Part shown: positions 20,310-30,048 of the stretch, piece by piece | Position numbering within the stretch: position 1 is the stretch's first letter | Layout of the letters: each line of letters starts with the position of its first letter | Assembly (NCBI GenBank): GCA_046482545.1 | Contig: JAWOEX010000023.1 | Span: 590-64,589, forward strand | Direction of reading: 5' to 3' | Length of the DNA: 64,000 nucleotides | DNA from: Candidatus Thorarchaeota archaeon | Lineage (GTDB): Archaea > Asgardarchaeota > Thorarchaeia > Thorarchaeales > Thorarchaeaceae | Notes under the pieces: model-generated | What the model was told of the DNA's origin: nothing | Seen by the model: only the letters and a program-made list of their open reading frames with translations | The model's database searches: none | Program-made: the position numbers and the translations under genes

Positions 20310-21536
20310 TCAGTGTCTGTTTACACCGTTTGTACTTGCTATGAGCGAGTCCCTCAGAAGGTTCAATAATTCACGGGGTAGCCGGGTAACGAGCACATAG
20401 GGTATGTCAGTGTAATCAATATCTCCACGTGCCAAACCACTCAGTATTTCACGACTAACGTTTAGTCGTGTCGCTACAGGCAGTATAGAACCCGCCAAAC
20501 GTCCACCTCGAATCCCTGCCTTAGCAGCCATATCGAAGCTCTCGGCAAACTCTCGGCTGCACAGACGTTGATAATTGTATAGAAAGTTTGCGCTTGATTT
20601 GCCGCGTTCTATTGCTTTTGAAATCGTTTGGGCAGCGAACTGACCAGACCGCATTGCATATGCAATCCCCTCACCCATCATCGGGTCAACAAATCCTGCT
20701 GCATCACCTACAAGAAGACACCGTCTGGCAACATTATTTTCACGAAAGGCGTTCCCGCCCAAGAAACAGCTCCGGGGATGGCCATCATTCAACTCAACTC
20801 CCAGACGCTTGACAGTCTCCTTCCTGAAATCCTCAAAAATGGTACGAAGGCGTTTCATATAGACTGCAGGCCCAGCTACTCCAACGCAAAGGTGCTCCTT
20901 CTTGGGAAAGACCCAGCTATAAGAGAGCCGCTCCACGGCTGGCAGAATCTCAAGAAACGTAGTATTACCTCCCATTGCTTTTTCCACGCCGCTATGTCCA
21001 ACACGGAAATTGCATTCCATTCCTAATCCTACCCGAGTGAAATCCTTTCGAGGGTTCCGCAAACCCAGACATGTACCTATTCTGCTATTCGCTCCATCTG
21101 CGCCAATAAGATAGCGGCCTTGAAACCGCCGTCCATCCTCCGTCTTCACGATCACATTCTCGGAGGAGGTTTTTGCCCTAATGACCTTGGCTTCGTCTAG
21201 AATTTCAGCGCCAGCTCTACTAGCTCGCCTCGCAAGATACTCATCGAATGTTTCCCTCATCACTGTAATCCCGAGAAGAGAATCCGATTGGAATTCGGCA
21301 GGACCATTACGAGATAGTATAAACCGGAGCCCGAATATTCGTTGCTCGATTACTTCAAGCGGAATAGTTTCATCAATCAGCTTCAGCCCGCGATACATCA
21401 CTGCGCCTCCACAAGGCTTGATCCGTGGCAGCTCGTGTTTCTCAAGAAGTAGGGTTTTCAAGCCTCGTTTTGCACATTCGTAGGCCGCTATGCTTCCTGC
21501 AGGGCCGGCTCCCACCACAATAACATCTGCATCCAT
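20310..21536 (-). CDS. Geranylgeranyl reductase family flavoprotein
   Basis: GAGPAGS, KPCGGA, GADGANS, YSWVFPK, GDAAGFVDPMMGEGIAYA. Confidence 0.9.
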   Translation of the reverse strand: MDADVIVVGAGPAGSIAAYECAKRGLKTLLLEKHELPRIKPCGGAVMYRGLKLIDETIPLEVIEQRIFGLRFILSRNGPAEFQSDSLLGITVMRETFDEYLARRASRAGAEILDEAKVIRAKTSSENVIVKTEDGRRFQGRYLIGADGANSRIGTCLGLRNPRKDFTRVGLGMECNFRVGHSGVEKAMGGNTTFLEILPAVERLSYSWVFPKKEHLCVGVAGPAVYMKRLRTIFEDFRKETVKRLGVELNDGHPRSCFLGGNAFRENNVARRCLLVGDAAGFVDPMMGEGIAYAMRSGQFAAQTISKAIERGKSSANFLYNYQRLCSREFAESFDMAAKAGIRGGRLAGSILPVATRLNVSREILSGLARGDIDYTDIPYVLVTRLPRELLNLLRDSLIASTNGVNRH

Positions 21537-21592
21537 ATGTCTACCCCTCTCATTGTGAATATTGCAATCAATCTGGTTTTCATATCTGCCCG

Positions 21593-21625
21593 ACCTGAAT
21601 ATCCTGAATCAGGTATATCTCAGGT
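21593..21625. promoter_or_regulatory. Imperfect palindrome with four CCTGA/TCAGG half-sites upstream of the GGR gene
   Basis: ACCTGA-ATAT-CCTGA-A-TCAGG-T-ATAT-C-TCAGGT. Confidence 0.4.
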
Positions 21626-21790
21626 AACTATAATGAGCAATTTCGTTCTTATTTTCTTTACGCAGAACATCTTTTCTTCGATTGAATTGCTTCTAAAGGA
21701 TTAGAATACGGTCTGCAAGGCATATTGAACCTTTTCGTCACAATTCGAAGACTGCATCCACCTAACATTCTTATTGGGTATAGCTAGTTT

Positions 21791-22156
21791 GTGAGCTTGG
21801 TGAAAAGAGTAATGGGCCTTTGGTATAGAATCAAGAGAGCAATATACAGACTGCTTGGAAGGAAAGTAGAACAAAAGATAGTCAGAGAAGGTTCTCAGAC
21901 AACGCCAACAAGCTCAACCCCGAGCAGCCAAACAAGTGCTGGCATCATGTTTGATCCAGCAGCAAAGCCAAGAAATCTTGTGAATCAGTGGATTACTGTT
22001 CCGAGGAGCGGAAGGCAACAAATTCTCATGGAAGAGGATTTTCAGAAACTAGACAAATCCGACCACGACTTCCTGCTGACCCTAGATACAAGATATGAGA
22101 ATATGACTGATGAAACGCGGAATCGCGTCCACGAGATACTGAACAAGCTCAGATAA
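21791..22156 (+). CDS. Hypothetical protein
   Basis: 121-aa ORF: basic amphipathic N-terminus, S/T-rich linker, helical C-terminus. Confidence 0.65.
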   Translation: MSLVKRVMGLWYRIKRAIYRLLGRKVEQKIVREGSQTTPTSSTPSSQTSAGIMFDPAAKPRNLVNQWITVPRSGRQQILMEEDFQKLDKSDHDFLLTLDTRYENMTDETRNRVHEILNKLR

Positions 22157-22172
22157 TCCTATACGAACTCTA

Positions 22173-23375
22173 TCAGAACATCAGCACATGCTCAAGGAAT
22201 GTTCGAATTTCCTGAGCATACGAGCCCGGAATCAGGATATGATGATTTGCAAGAGAATGTTGTAAGAAGTAATCAACAGGGCTGTCGAGGCGTATCTCTA
22301 GCTGCGTCCGACAGGCCTCTTTTCTTGTAAGATTTCTTTGAATAGTGCCTTCGGCTACCCAATAGTCAGAAAGGGCACTTCCAAAAACCTTCAAGAGAGT
22401 CACGTCGGATTTTGGAAACCGCCCGCGAATCCCGACACTTTTACCGGTTTCATAATGAGTCATGAAATCATAATCGTCAACAAGTGAAAACGGAACAGTA
22501 CAGTGAGCCAATACAACGGAGTTCTTGTTCTTGTTTACCTCGATAACGTTGGCCATGAAGGATGATTGACCAGTAAGAAGCTTCGCCAGTAGCATAGTGA
22601 ATGTTGATGGAACATCGCCCTCACATCCTGCAGGTATTCCAAGAGAATTCAGAGTTGCAAGTGCTAAGCAACCAGTAACATCAGTTGCTTCTACTAACCT
22701 AAAGCAATCAAGGGTGAGCGCATCGAGTTTCTGATACTTCTTGATGGTCAAGAGCGAACGAGTAATCTCTGAAGCCGACATCAGATCGTGCTTTTCAATT
22801 TGGTTATGAACAGGGACCATTTCAAGTTCTGCTAGTTCATCCATGTCAACAAGTTCAATGGATTCCAAGCGAGAAAAGGGTATGTTGATGATTTCCACAC
22901 CCCAGTTCTTTTGCACAGCGGATTTGTCAATCTGTGATGCAATTAGCCAAGACGAGGGGCTTCCAATGATGCCAATTCTCATTCCGTTTAGTTTACTGAA
23001 TATGTCCTCATAATAGTGGAGTATTTGAATTATCTCTCGAAGATCACCTAAGGAGCCCTGTTTGATTTCAGAGTCTATGTCGCACTGATCTAAATAAGCC
23101 CGTATTTCCATCGCAGCAGGCAATGAGTTGTTTTCCATATGTGCTAGTAGAACTGATGATTTGAGAGGCACTTGATTAACAAACGAAGCTACAAGTCCTT
23201 CGGTTCCGCCTGTACCAATGAAGAGTATCACACGATTAGCATTCATACCGGGAAGGGAATCAATATCATCCTCTGACCGGACCACAAAATCTACACTATC
23301 AAGCGTCTTCAAAATTCGGTGGGTGAGTTGCTTCCCGGCAATTGGGGAGAAGAAGGCTATAGTTGGCAAACTCAT
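22173..23375 (-). CDS. L-fucose/L-arabinose isomerase-like protein
   Basis: GIPAGCEGDV, AHCTVP, THYETG, CRTQL and NHH motifs. Confidence 0.8.
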   Translation of the reverse strand: MSLPTIAFFSPIAGKQLTHRILKTLDSVDFVVRSEDDIDSLPGMNANRVILFIGTGGTEGLVASFVNQVPLKSSVLLAHMENNSLPAAMEIRAYLDQCDIDSEIKQGSLGDLREIIQILHYYEDIFSKLNGMRIGIIGSPSSWLIASQIDKSAVQKNWGVEIINIPFSRLESIELVDMDELAELEMVPVHNQIEKHDLMSASEITRSLLTIKKYQKLDALTLDCFRLVEATDVTGCLALATLNSLGIPAGCEGDVPSTFTMLLAKLLTGQSSFMANVIEVNKNKNSVVLAHCTVPFSLVDDYDFMTHYETGKSVGIRGRFPKSDVTLLKVFGSALSDYWVAEGTIQRNLTRKEACRTQLEIRLDSPVDYFLQHSLANHHILIPGSYAQEIRTFLEHVLMF

Positions 23376-23468
23376 GATTAACTACTTGCATTATTGTCAT
23401 ATTATCTCTTTGCAACAGCCCCTAGCTTGTGGGGCCTATCTACTCTCTGCCTTCACAATTTCCCAATT

Positions 23469-25565
23469 TCAGGCAGCTTTGCTTCCAGGAGGAAGATCCT
23501 CAACAGTTAGAGGCACCCACTGTCCTTCCTTATCTGCATGCTCAACAGCAATAATCATACCTTGGCTCTCGACTCCTGCCAGTTTCTTCGGCTCAAGGTT
23601 TACGAGGAACAGTGCTTTCTCACCAACGAGTTCGTCGCACTCATAGAGCTGAGCCAAACCAGTTACAATTTGTCTTTCTTCGTCGCCGATATCAACAATA
23701 ATCTTGAGCAAGTTGTCGGTATCCGGAACTCTCTCACATTCAAGAATTTCGCCCACACGGAAATCCATCTTCTTGAAATCTTCAAAAGATACTAGTTCTT
23801 CTTGTTCTTCTTGTCCCATTTCAGCAGCCTCTGCGTCTTTGATTCGTCTGTCGATGATGGAATGGAGCTCCTTAATCAGTGTGTCGTCAACTTTTGAGAT
23901 AACTGGGCAGGGTTGGGGAATTTCTCGGCCAGCTTGGGCTGGCTTGATGGCTTCCCAGACGTCGACCTCATGAATATCTTCACACTCTAAGCCAAGCTGT
24001 TCCCAAATTTCCTCAGCAACAGATGGCATGATTGGCTCAATCAATCCAGCTAAAGCCTTGACAATGCAACATGCATTGTATAACACCTCGGCGCATTTCT
24101 CCTTGTCTTCACGTACCAGTTCCCACGGCTTGTTACTCTGGAAGTACTCATTGCCAAATGACGCTAACCTAAGAACTTCATCAACTACCTGCTTGAGCTC
24201 ATACCTGTTCGTTGCATCTACTACGGACTCTACCGTCGATTCGATTGCGCTTTCAACAGATGTTTCAATTTCGCCCTCCGGAATCGCCTTGAAATTGTCA
24301 TGGCTGAAGTGAAGTGCACGATATACGAAGTTCCCAAAGGTGTTGACAAGCTCGCTATTCACCTTTTCTTGGAATGCATCCCACGCAAAATCAAGATCCT
24401 TAGTCTGACTGCTATGAGATACCATGTAATATCTCAGGTAATCCGGATTCAGTCCATGCTCCAAGTAATCATCGATAATCCAGACTACGTAGCCTCTACT
24501 CCTACTGAAGTTGTGACCCTCGATTTTTACCATGCCAGAAGCCACGATTGCATAGGGGAGATTGTAATCGCTACCTTTCAGCATTGCCGGCCAGAATATG
24601 CAGTGGTGGTATACAATGTCTTGGCCAATATAGTGGACAATACGTCCTCCATCAGGTAACCAATAGTCCTTCCATGCGTCAGGATCTCCTATCTTCTTCG
24701 CCCATTGTTCAGTGCTTGACATGTAATGAATAGGAGCATCAACCCAAACATACAGCGTTAAGCTGGGGTCACCCGGAAATTCAATACCCCAATCGAGATC
24801 GCGGGTTATGCACCAGTCCTTGAGGCCTTCCTTTACCCATCCCATGGCATAGTTCCTAGCATTTTTCGTTCCCTCGACTTGATTCAGGAAGTTTTCAAGA
24901 AAATCCTCAAACTCTGTCAATTTGAAGTAGTAATGTTGCCTTGTGATAGTTCGAGTAGGTGACCCACAGATGGCACAACGAGGATTCAATATCTCGCCCG
25001 GTTCAAGGTATCTTCCACAACCCTGGTCGCATTCGTCACCCCGAGCATCTGCACCACAATAAGGGCAGGTACCACGCACAAATCGATCAGGTAATGAGCG
25101 GCCACATTTATCACAGAAAGGTGTGTCGAGATTCTTTGGATAGATGTACCCGTTCTCTTGAAGAGTGCGGACTATCTGCTTGGTTCGTGCATGGTTTTCC
25201 GGGTCATCAGTAGTCCCATAGTTGTCAAACTCAATTCCGAGCTTTGGAAATGTCTTCAAATAGTGCTTGTGATACTTCTGATAGAGCTCCTTGGGAGAGA
25301 CTCCTTCCTTTTCAGCTGTAGTCACAACAGGCGTCCCGTGTGTATCAGAACCGCAAACAAAGGTAACATCTACGTTGAGCTTTCTCAGAAGCCGAACAAA
25401 TACATCGGCTGGTACGTACGTACGGAGGTGACCAATATGCATCTCTCCGCTAGCATATGGTAGTCCACATGTCACTAGGACTGGCTCATCTGTTGGATAT
25501 TTTCGTTCCTTTTGGTCTTCACTCAGTTCTGTCACGCTCCTGGCACTCTGTGCGAGATACGGCAT
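23469..25565 (-). CDS. metG: Methionine--tRNA ligase with C-terminal tRNA-binding OB domain
   Basis: HIGH, GSDTHG, Zn knuckles, YVWVDAP, IGQDI, KMSKS-equivalent NFSRS, C-terminal GVESQGM. The true start may be slightly downstream. Confidence 0.97.
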   Translation of the reverse strand: MPYLAQSARSVTELSEDQKERKYPTDEPVLVTCGLPYASGEMHIGHLRTYVPADVFVRLLRKLNVDVTFVCGSDTHGTPVVTTAEKEGVSPKELYQKYHKHYLKTFPKLGIEFDNYGTTDDPENHARTKQIVRTLQENGYIYPKNLDTPFCDKCGRSLPDRFVRGTCPYCGADARGDECDQGCGRYLEPGEILNPRCAICGSPTRTITRQHYYFKLTEFEDFLENFLNQVEGTKNARNYAMGWVKEGLKDWCITRDLDWGIEFPGDPSLTLYVWVDAPIHYMSSTEQWAKKIGDPDAWKDYWLPDGGRIVHYIGQDIVYHHCIFWPAMLKGSDYNLPYAIVASGMVKIEGHNFSRSRGYVVWIIDDYLEHGLNPDYLRYYMVSHSSQTKDLDFAWDAFQEKVNSELVNTFGNFVYRALHFSHDNFKAIPEGEIETSVESAIESTVESVVDATNRYELKQVVDEVLRLASFGNEYFQSNKPWELVREDKEKCAEVLYNACCIVKALAGLIEPIMPSVAEEIWEQLGLECEDIHEVDVWEAIKPAQAGREIPQPCPVISKVDDTLIKELHSIIDRRIKDAEAAEMGQEEQEELVSFEDFKKMDFRVGEILECERVPDTDNLLKIIVDIGDEERQIVTGLAQLYECDELVGEKALFLVNLEPKKLAGVESQGMIIAVEHADKEGQWVPLTVEDLPPGSKAA

Positions 25566-25599
25566 AAAAACCGCAAGCGAATAAATATGGTCATATCAG

Positions 25600-25660
25600 A
25601 AACAAAAAGACGATTCGTACTCTTGGAACAAGTCTCTTGTTCGTCACTCTGAGTAATCGT
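25600..25660 (-). terminator. Hairpin plus U-tract directly upstream of metG
   Basis: Nested stems ACGATT/AATCGT, ACTC/GAGT and GAACAAG/CTTGTTC, followed on the minus strand by CUUUUUGUUU. Confidence 0.45.
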
Positions 25661-25904
25661 TGTAGTATCCTGAAGCTTTGTTTCCCGCCTTAGAATGTTG
25701 AAGGATATCGTTGCGTTTGATGATATAACTCTAACGCAAAGCCGAAAGGATTGTGGCTCATGTTTTCTTAGTACACGTGTTCTAATTCTTCTAAATAATC
25801 ATTATCCGAAAGCAGGAAATTTCAATCCACAATTCTCGAAGGATTCGACCTGAATCATATTCCCAAGAAATCAGCAGCAAATAGAATCATCGTAAGCGAG
25901 GGAC

Positions 25905-26051
25905 CTAGAAGAAAAGAATCACGGAGGGTGTGGGAACAGACCAAGGGTCTGCCCCACGAAATCGCTCTCTGCCTGCCGGGAGGAGCAAAGAGAAAGCGAC
26001 TAGACCTCCTCATGATATGAGGAGTGTAAAGCCAGCAGACTATGAACTGGC
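25905..26051 (-). ncRNA. Candidate structured RNA (3' UTR of the small ORF or part of the metG leader)
   Basis: Four consecutive hairpins plus a possible enclosing GGAGG/CCUCC helix. G-U pairs complete the stems only on the minus strand, which ends in a U-rich tract. Confidence 0.4.
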
Positions 26052-26180
26052 ATAGAGGTACCGAAGCGTTTGAGCATCAGCATCTGTAGGATCTCGGTCG
26101 CTATCCAGCAGTCCATACAGGACATTCAGGATTTCCGCATTCTTCTGGAGTGTTGATGAAGGTCGTAGATTGGAGGCCAT
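26040..26180 (-). CDS. Unannotated 46-aa small protein MASNLRPSSTLQKNAEILNVLYGLLDSDRDPTDADAQTLRYLYASS
   Basis: ATG at 26180 with SD-like AAGGAG upstream, TAG at 26040-26042, helix-loop-helix-like amphipathic pattern. Shorter than any ORF in the supplied track. Confidence 0.55.
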   Translation of the reverse strand: MASNLRPSSTLQKNAEILNVLYGLLDSDRDPTDADAQTLRYLYASS

Positions 26181-26550
26181 TTCTCGCGTTTCTCCTTCCC
26201 TATTCATTTACTGTGTTACAACTTAGGGTTGATTTCAAGTGGAGATGGTCTTTTCTTGTAATAAGGGTACGTGCAACCCAAACAATCGCCTGATGATACA
26301 GAAGTAATACAGAGAGAATACATAGGCCGTATCTTTGATACAAATGCGTGTAGAACAGTTAGAAGACGTCTAGATACCCTGTCCATTAAGCGTTCCATAA
26401 GAAGAAATGGGGAGAGAGAGTTATCTGGAGACCTGCAGGAGATGCAAGGCAGGAAGGTGAATTCAATCTGTCAAGGCACATATGATAGGTCTGTTAGAAA
26501 CAACAGAGGTAGAATATGAACTTGAGAAACTAACTAACACGAAAGGGTTA

Positions 26551-27381
26551 TCAATCCTCAGCGTCGCCGTTTATCACAAGCTTCCCGCGTGCAATAACAT
26601 CATGCTTGTGAATGCTCTCTAATGACCTAGCCTCAGCTGAGGCTTCAAGATTTGCATCTTGGAAAGCATCTTTAGCCCCCTGTAGAATGTTGCGGCAGAC
26701 ATCCTCGACAAAGAGTGGGTTATCATGCATCTGCTTTGTAACGTATTTCTCATCTTCAAGCTTGAGAAGTGAATAGGTCTTGCTTGAGAATGAATTCTCG
26801 ATAATGTCAATCATCGACCCAAATTTTGGGATTTCTTCAGTGACACCTGAAACCCTCAGCGTGCCACATGCCCGTTGCATATGCGTCAGCCCATCATTGT
26901 TCGCCATACAGTGAGGACATACTGTGTTACCTGTCACTTTCACAGCAATCTCATGCCAAACAGGCTTGTCTTTCTCCATAATCGTTTTTGCGGTGACATC
27001 ACATACTTCCCAAGTCCGTTTTTTTGAAACGGGAGTCTTACTCGAGTAGCCAAACTCGAACTCGAAGGTAACTTCTCCCCGACTGAAACTGTGTTTTTTC
27101 TGGAGCGCACCAAGAATGTGAATCTGTAAATTTTCGACCGATTCGTATACGCTAAATTCATCGCTCAAAACTTCTGTCATGGACTCAACAAATCGTGACA
27201 TGTGGACGCCTTTGAGATCTGCTGGCAAGTCAATCGTCATCTCTATAGTTGGGATGATGTGATGGCGAAGACCGCTACGTTCAGTTATCAGGAAGGTTTT
27301 GAGATTCTTTATACCAACCTTGTTTAGTTGAATGCGGTGATGTGGTTTCTCGTTCTGCGTATCAAAGACCATGAATATCAC
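26551..27381 (-). CDS. folE2: GTP cyclohydrolase, FolE2/MptA family
   Basis: KGVHMSRF, TPVS, TVCPHC, THMQR, NPLFVEDVCR, ESIHKHD. Confidence 0.92.
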   Translation of the reverse strand: MIFMVFDTQNEKPHHRIQLNKVGIKNLKTFLITERSGLRHHIIPTIEMTIDLPADLKGVHMSRFVESMTEVLSDEFSVYESVENLQIHILGALQKKHSFSRGEVTFEFEFGYSSKTPVSKKRTWEVCDVTAKTIMEKDKPVWHEIAVKVTGNTVCPHCMANNDGLTHMQRACGTLRVSGVTEEIPKFGSMIDIIENSFSSKTYSLLKLEDEKYVTKQMHDNPLFVEDVCRNILQGAKDAFQDANLEASAEARSLESIHKHDVIARGKLVINGDAED

Positions 27382-27396
27382 ATTCGTCTTCGTAAT

Positions 27397-27849
27397 TTAA
27401 ACCTCATAGCAACCAAAGCTATATCGGGACTCAGCAACACATACCTTCAGCTGCTCAAATTCTTCGGATAAGCCGGACCGTTTCAATATGAGCTCAGCAA
27501 GAAGCTCTGCCGTGGTTGCCCTAATCGGCAGAACAACACAATCACTTGAAGGGATAACATAGCGCCTAGAATCTACCATTACTTCAATCGAGTCATCTTC
27601 ATGTTCGAGATTTATTGAATCGGATTTTCCAGGCAACAGAATCTTGTGGTCAAGTTCTTCGCAAATCTCTCCAACTCGCTGCTTGATTAGCCTGAAATCC
27701 GCCACCATATCATGCTCGTCAAGCTGACCCAAAATCTCGATCTCAACGTAGTAGTTGTGACCGTGCAGTCTTTCACATCCCTTTGTATCTTCAACAAAAT
27801 GTGCAGAACTGAAGTGCATTTTTGGATCGTTGACTCTTATGCTGTGCAT
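27397..27849 (-). CDS. queD: 6-carboxytetrahydropterin synthase / PTPS family
   Basis: FSSAHF, CERLHGHNY, LDHKILLP, TTAELLA. Start at MHSIRV (27849) follows SD GGAGGT. Confidence 0.88.
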   Translation of the reverse strand: MHSIRVNDPKMHFSSAHFVEDTKGCERLHGHNYYVEIEILGQLDEHDMVADFRLIKQRVGEICEELDHKILLPGKSDSINLEHEDDSIEVMVDSRRYVIPSSDCVVLPIRATTAELLAELILKRSGLSEEFEQLKVCVAESRYSFGCYEV

Positions 27850-27936
27850 ATCCGGACCTCCGGATCTACTTTCGCCTAGCAACCGTTCTATATGTAAAAC
27901 TGTCGGAACCGGGTACTCTATCTTTGGGAACAATCA

Positions 27937-29700
27937 CTATTTTTCATAATCAATGGCTTGGTTTCTCTCATAGATATCGATTAATTCACCAACCGAGGTT
28001 GCATCTGTTGGACCTTTGTCGTCTCTCCACCTTCCCGTGAATCGCGGGAAGCGAATAGCAAGTCCATCATCGTCTAGTCTGCCTGTTCCTGCTAGGTGAG
28101 TGGGACTCAAAGTGATTTCATCGCCGAGTACTTCGATGACCAAAGCAGGTTCTATCCATACATCCGCGTCAATATCGGACTGGACTCGTGGATCCTTCCG
28201 TGAAATAATGCGCTCTTCCAAACGTTCTTTGAATTCTGCTAGCATTTCATCAGTGAATCCGGTGCCAATTTTGCAGACAGTAGGAAATTTCCCTGTTCTT
28301 TCATCATAAGCTGATGCGAGAATGGCTCCATAGACACCAGTCCTTTTTCCTCGACCATGCAAGGCACCAACTACAACAAGGTCAACCGAATCGCTCATTC
28401 CTTCTGTGTAAGATGCCTTCAGTTTAATCCATAGCCAGCTACGGGCTCCAGCCTGATAAACCGACTTCTCGTGAATGGCCTTGGCTATCACACCCTCGTT
28501 ACCTATTTCTAGGGCCTCTTGAAACATCTCATCAAGTGTAGTAGCCTCTTTGATTACTTTTCCCTGCGTTAAAGAAACCATGTCGTTTTCTTCAATCATT
28601 TTCTTCAATGCTTTACGACGTTCAAGCATAGGAAAGTCGGTGAGGTTTTGTCCGGCAGCATAGAGTGCATCGAAGAAATACATAGCTACAGGCACTTCCT
28701 CTCGGAACTCTTCTATTCTCTCTTTGCGACGGCGACGCATCAGCGTCTGGAACGGCAGAGAACGACCTGTGTCCAGATCAATCGCAACGCATTCGCCTTC
28801 GAGGATGCACTGCTCAACTGTTACAGAATTAGCAATCATCTCAACAACATCAGGATACTGGGATGTGATATTCTCTTGACGTCTTGAGTACAGCGTTACG
28901 ATATCTCCATTTTTGTGCACTTGTATCCTTTCACCATCATATTTGAATTCGACAAGAGCGGAACCCTCAACTTTCTCTAATATCTCGGTAGACGATGATA
29001 ATTTCTGTGCAGCCATCATCCGGATAGGAATCCCGACCTGCGGCTTTATTGAAGTAACCGCTTCGATTCCGTCCCGTGCAAGAAGCTCTCCAACGTATCC
29101 AAGGTCACTACTGAAGTTGTAAGCCCGTTCCAGGTCCCCCCGGACTTCACGATTGCCGATGAATGCTTGAGATAGAGCATCCAAAATACTCATGTCGCCA
29201 AGACCAAGACGCAAATCACCGGTTACTGTTCGCAGTATATAGCGAGCCTCCAAAGGCGAAGCGTTACTGAGAACCCCCACCAAAAGAGAGATTTTCTCTC
29301 GAGTGCTTCCTTTCCCCGATATGCGAGAGACTTCATCGAGTGTGTTGTATACCAAGTCCACCGTTACGTTGTTTATGACGAGTGTTGATTGAGCAGTCTG
29401 CGAAAGCAATTCCTCCGCTACGAGGCCTATATCTCCATGCCTCCTTAGCCCACTCACAACCTTCGATTCTGGGACGGATGCTGCAGCTGCAACAACTCGA
29501 ACTGTCATTTTCTCTGCAATGCCAATTTCAGGCTCACCCTTCCAGTCAGGATGAAGCTTTCCCCTTGTAAGGGCAATCACCTTGCTTATTTCTTCAGCAT
29601 CAGCATCTTTTAGCACACCAGCAAAGATGTTTATCTTTTCTAAAAGCCCACTGGTAGATTCGATATCCAAGTAAGCGTTTGCCAAATTTTCATAATTCAT
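27937..29700 (-). CDS. lig: ATP-dependent DNA ligase
   Basis: Motif I EFKYDGER, EGVIAK, WIKLK, IRFPRF; archaeal architecture. Confidence 0.97.
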   Translation of the reverse strand: MNYENLANAYLDIESTSGLLEKINIFAGVLKDADAEEISKVIALTRGKLHPDWKGEPEIGIAEKMTVRVVAAAASVPESKVVSGLRRHGDIGLVAEELLSQTAQSTLVINNVTVDLVYNTLDEVSRISGKGSTREKISLLVGVLSNASPLEARYILRTVTGDLRLGLGDMSILDALSQAFIGNREVRGDLERAYNFSSDLGYVGELLARDGIEAVTSIKPQVGIPIRMMAAQKLSSSTEILEKVEGSALVEFKYDGERIQVHKNGDIVTLYSRRQENITSQYPDVVEMIANSVTVEQCILEGECVAIDLDTGRSLPFQTLMRRRRKERIEEFREEVPVAMYFFDALYAAGQNLTDFPMLERRKALKKMIEENDMVSLTQGKVIKEATTLDEMFQEALEIGNEGVIAKAIHEKSVYQAGARSWLWIKLKASYTEGMSDSVDLVVVGALHGRGKRTGVYGAILASAYDERTGKFPTVCKIGTGFTDEMLAEFKERLEERIISRKDPRVQSDIDADVWIEPALVIEVLGDEITLSPTHLAGTGRLDDDGLAIRFPRFTGRWRDDKGPTDATSVGELIDIYERNQAIDYEK

Positions 29701-29796
29701 CGGCTAAAGGCGTCCTAGAAAGCCGTTGACACCATATGCTTTATAAACACAATCTAGGGCCTGAAGACAGTCGTTACAGAATCAGGTGAATCATCG

Positions 29797-30048
29797 ATGG
29801 GATCAATTAGACCAAATTTCATCAAAACAGCAGCAAGGAAACTGCTTAGATACTACCCAGATGAATTCACAACTGATTTTGAAACCAACAAACGGCTAGT
29901 GGAACAGTATTCAGATGCCAAGACCAAACGTGTTAGAAATAGAATAGCAGGTTATTTGGTTCGTCTGATTACGATTGAGCAAACCCGTGCAGAAGCTGAG
30001 GCAATGGCTGCTGCGCAGGAAGAGCAACTAGCTGATATGGAAATGTGA
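29797..30048 (+). CDS. rps17e: 30S ribosomal protein S17e
   Basis: MGSIRPNFIK...FTTDFETNK...KRVRNRIAGY. Confidence 0.96.
   Translation: MGSIRPNFIKTAARKLLRYYPDEFTTDFETNKRLVEQYSDAKTKRVRNRIAGYLVRLITIEQTRAEAEAMAAAQEEQLADMEM

Noticed and set aside
26010-26042. Pyrrolysine/selenocysteine read-through of the small ORF
   Set aside because: Read-through of the TAG adds only nine sense codons before TGA, and no SECIS-like motif is convincing.
25905-26051. SRP RNA, RNase P RNA, tRNA or T-box
   Set aside because: No SRP domain IV motif, RNase P P4 consensus, cloverleaf or T-box sequence recognisable by eye.
26216-26519. ORFs 26216-26398 (-) and 26271-26519 (+)
   Set aside because: No motif, weak starts and mutual overlap; probably non-coding.
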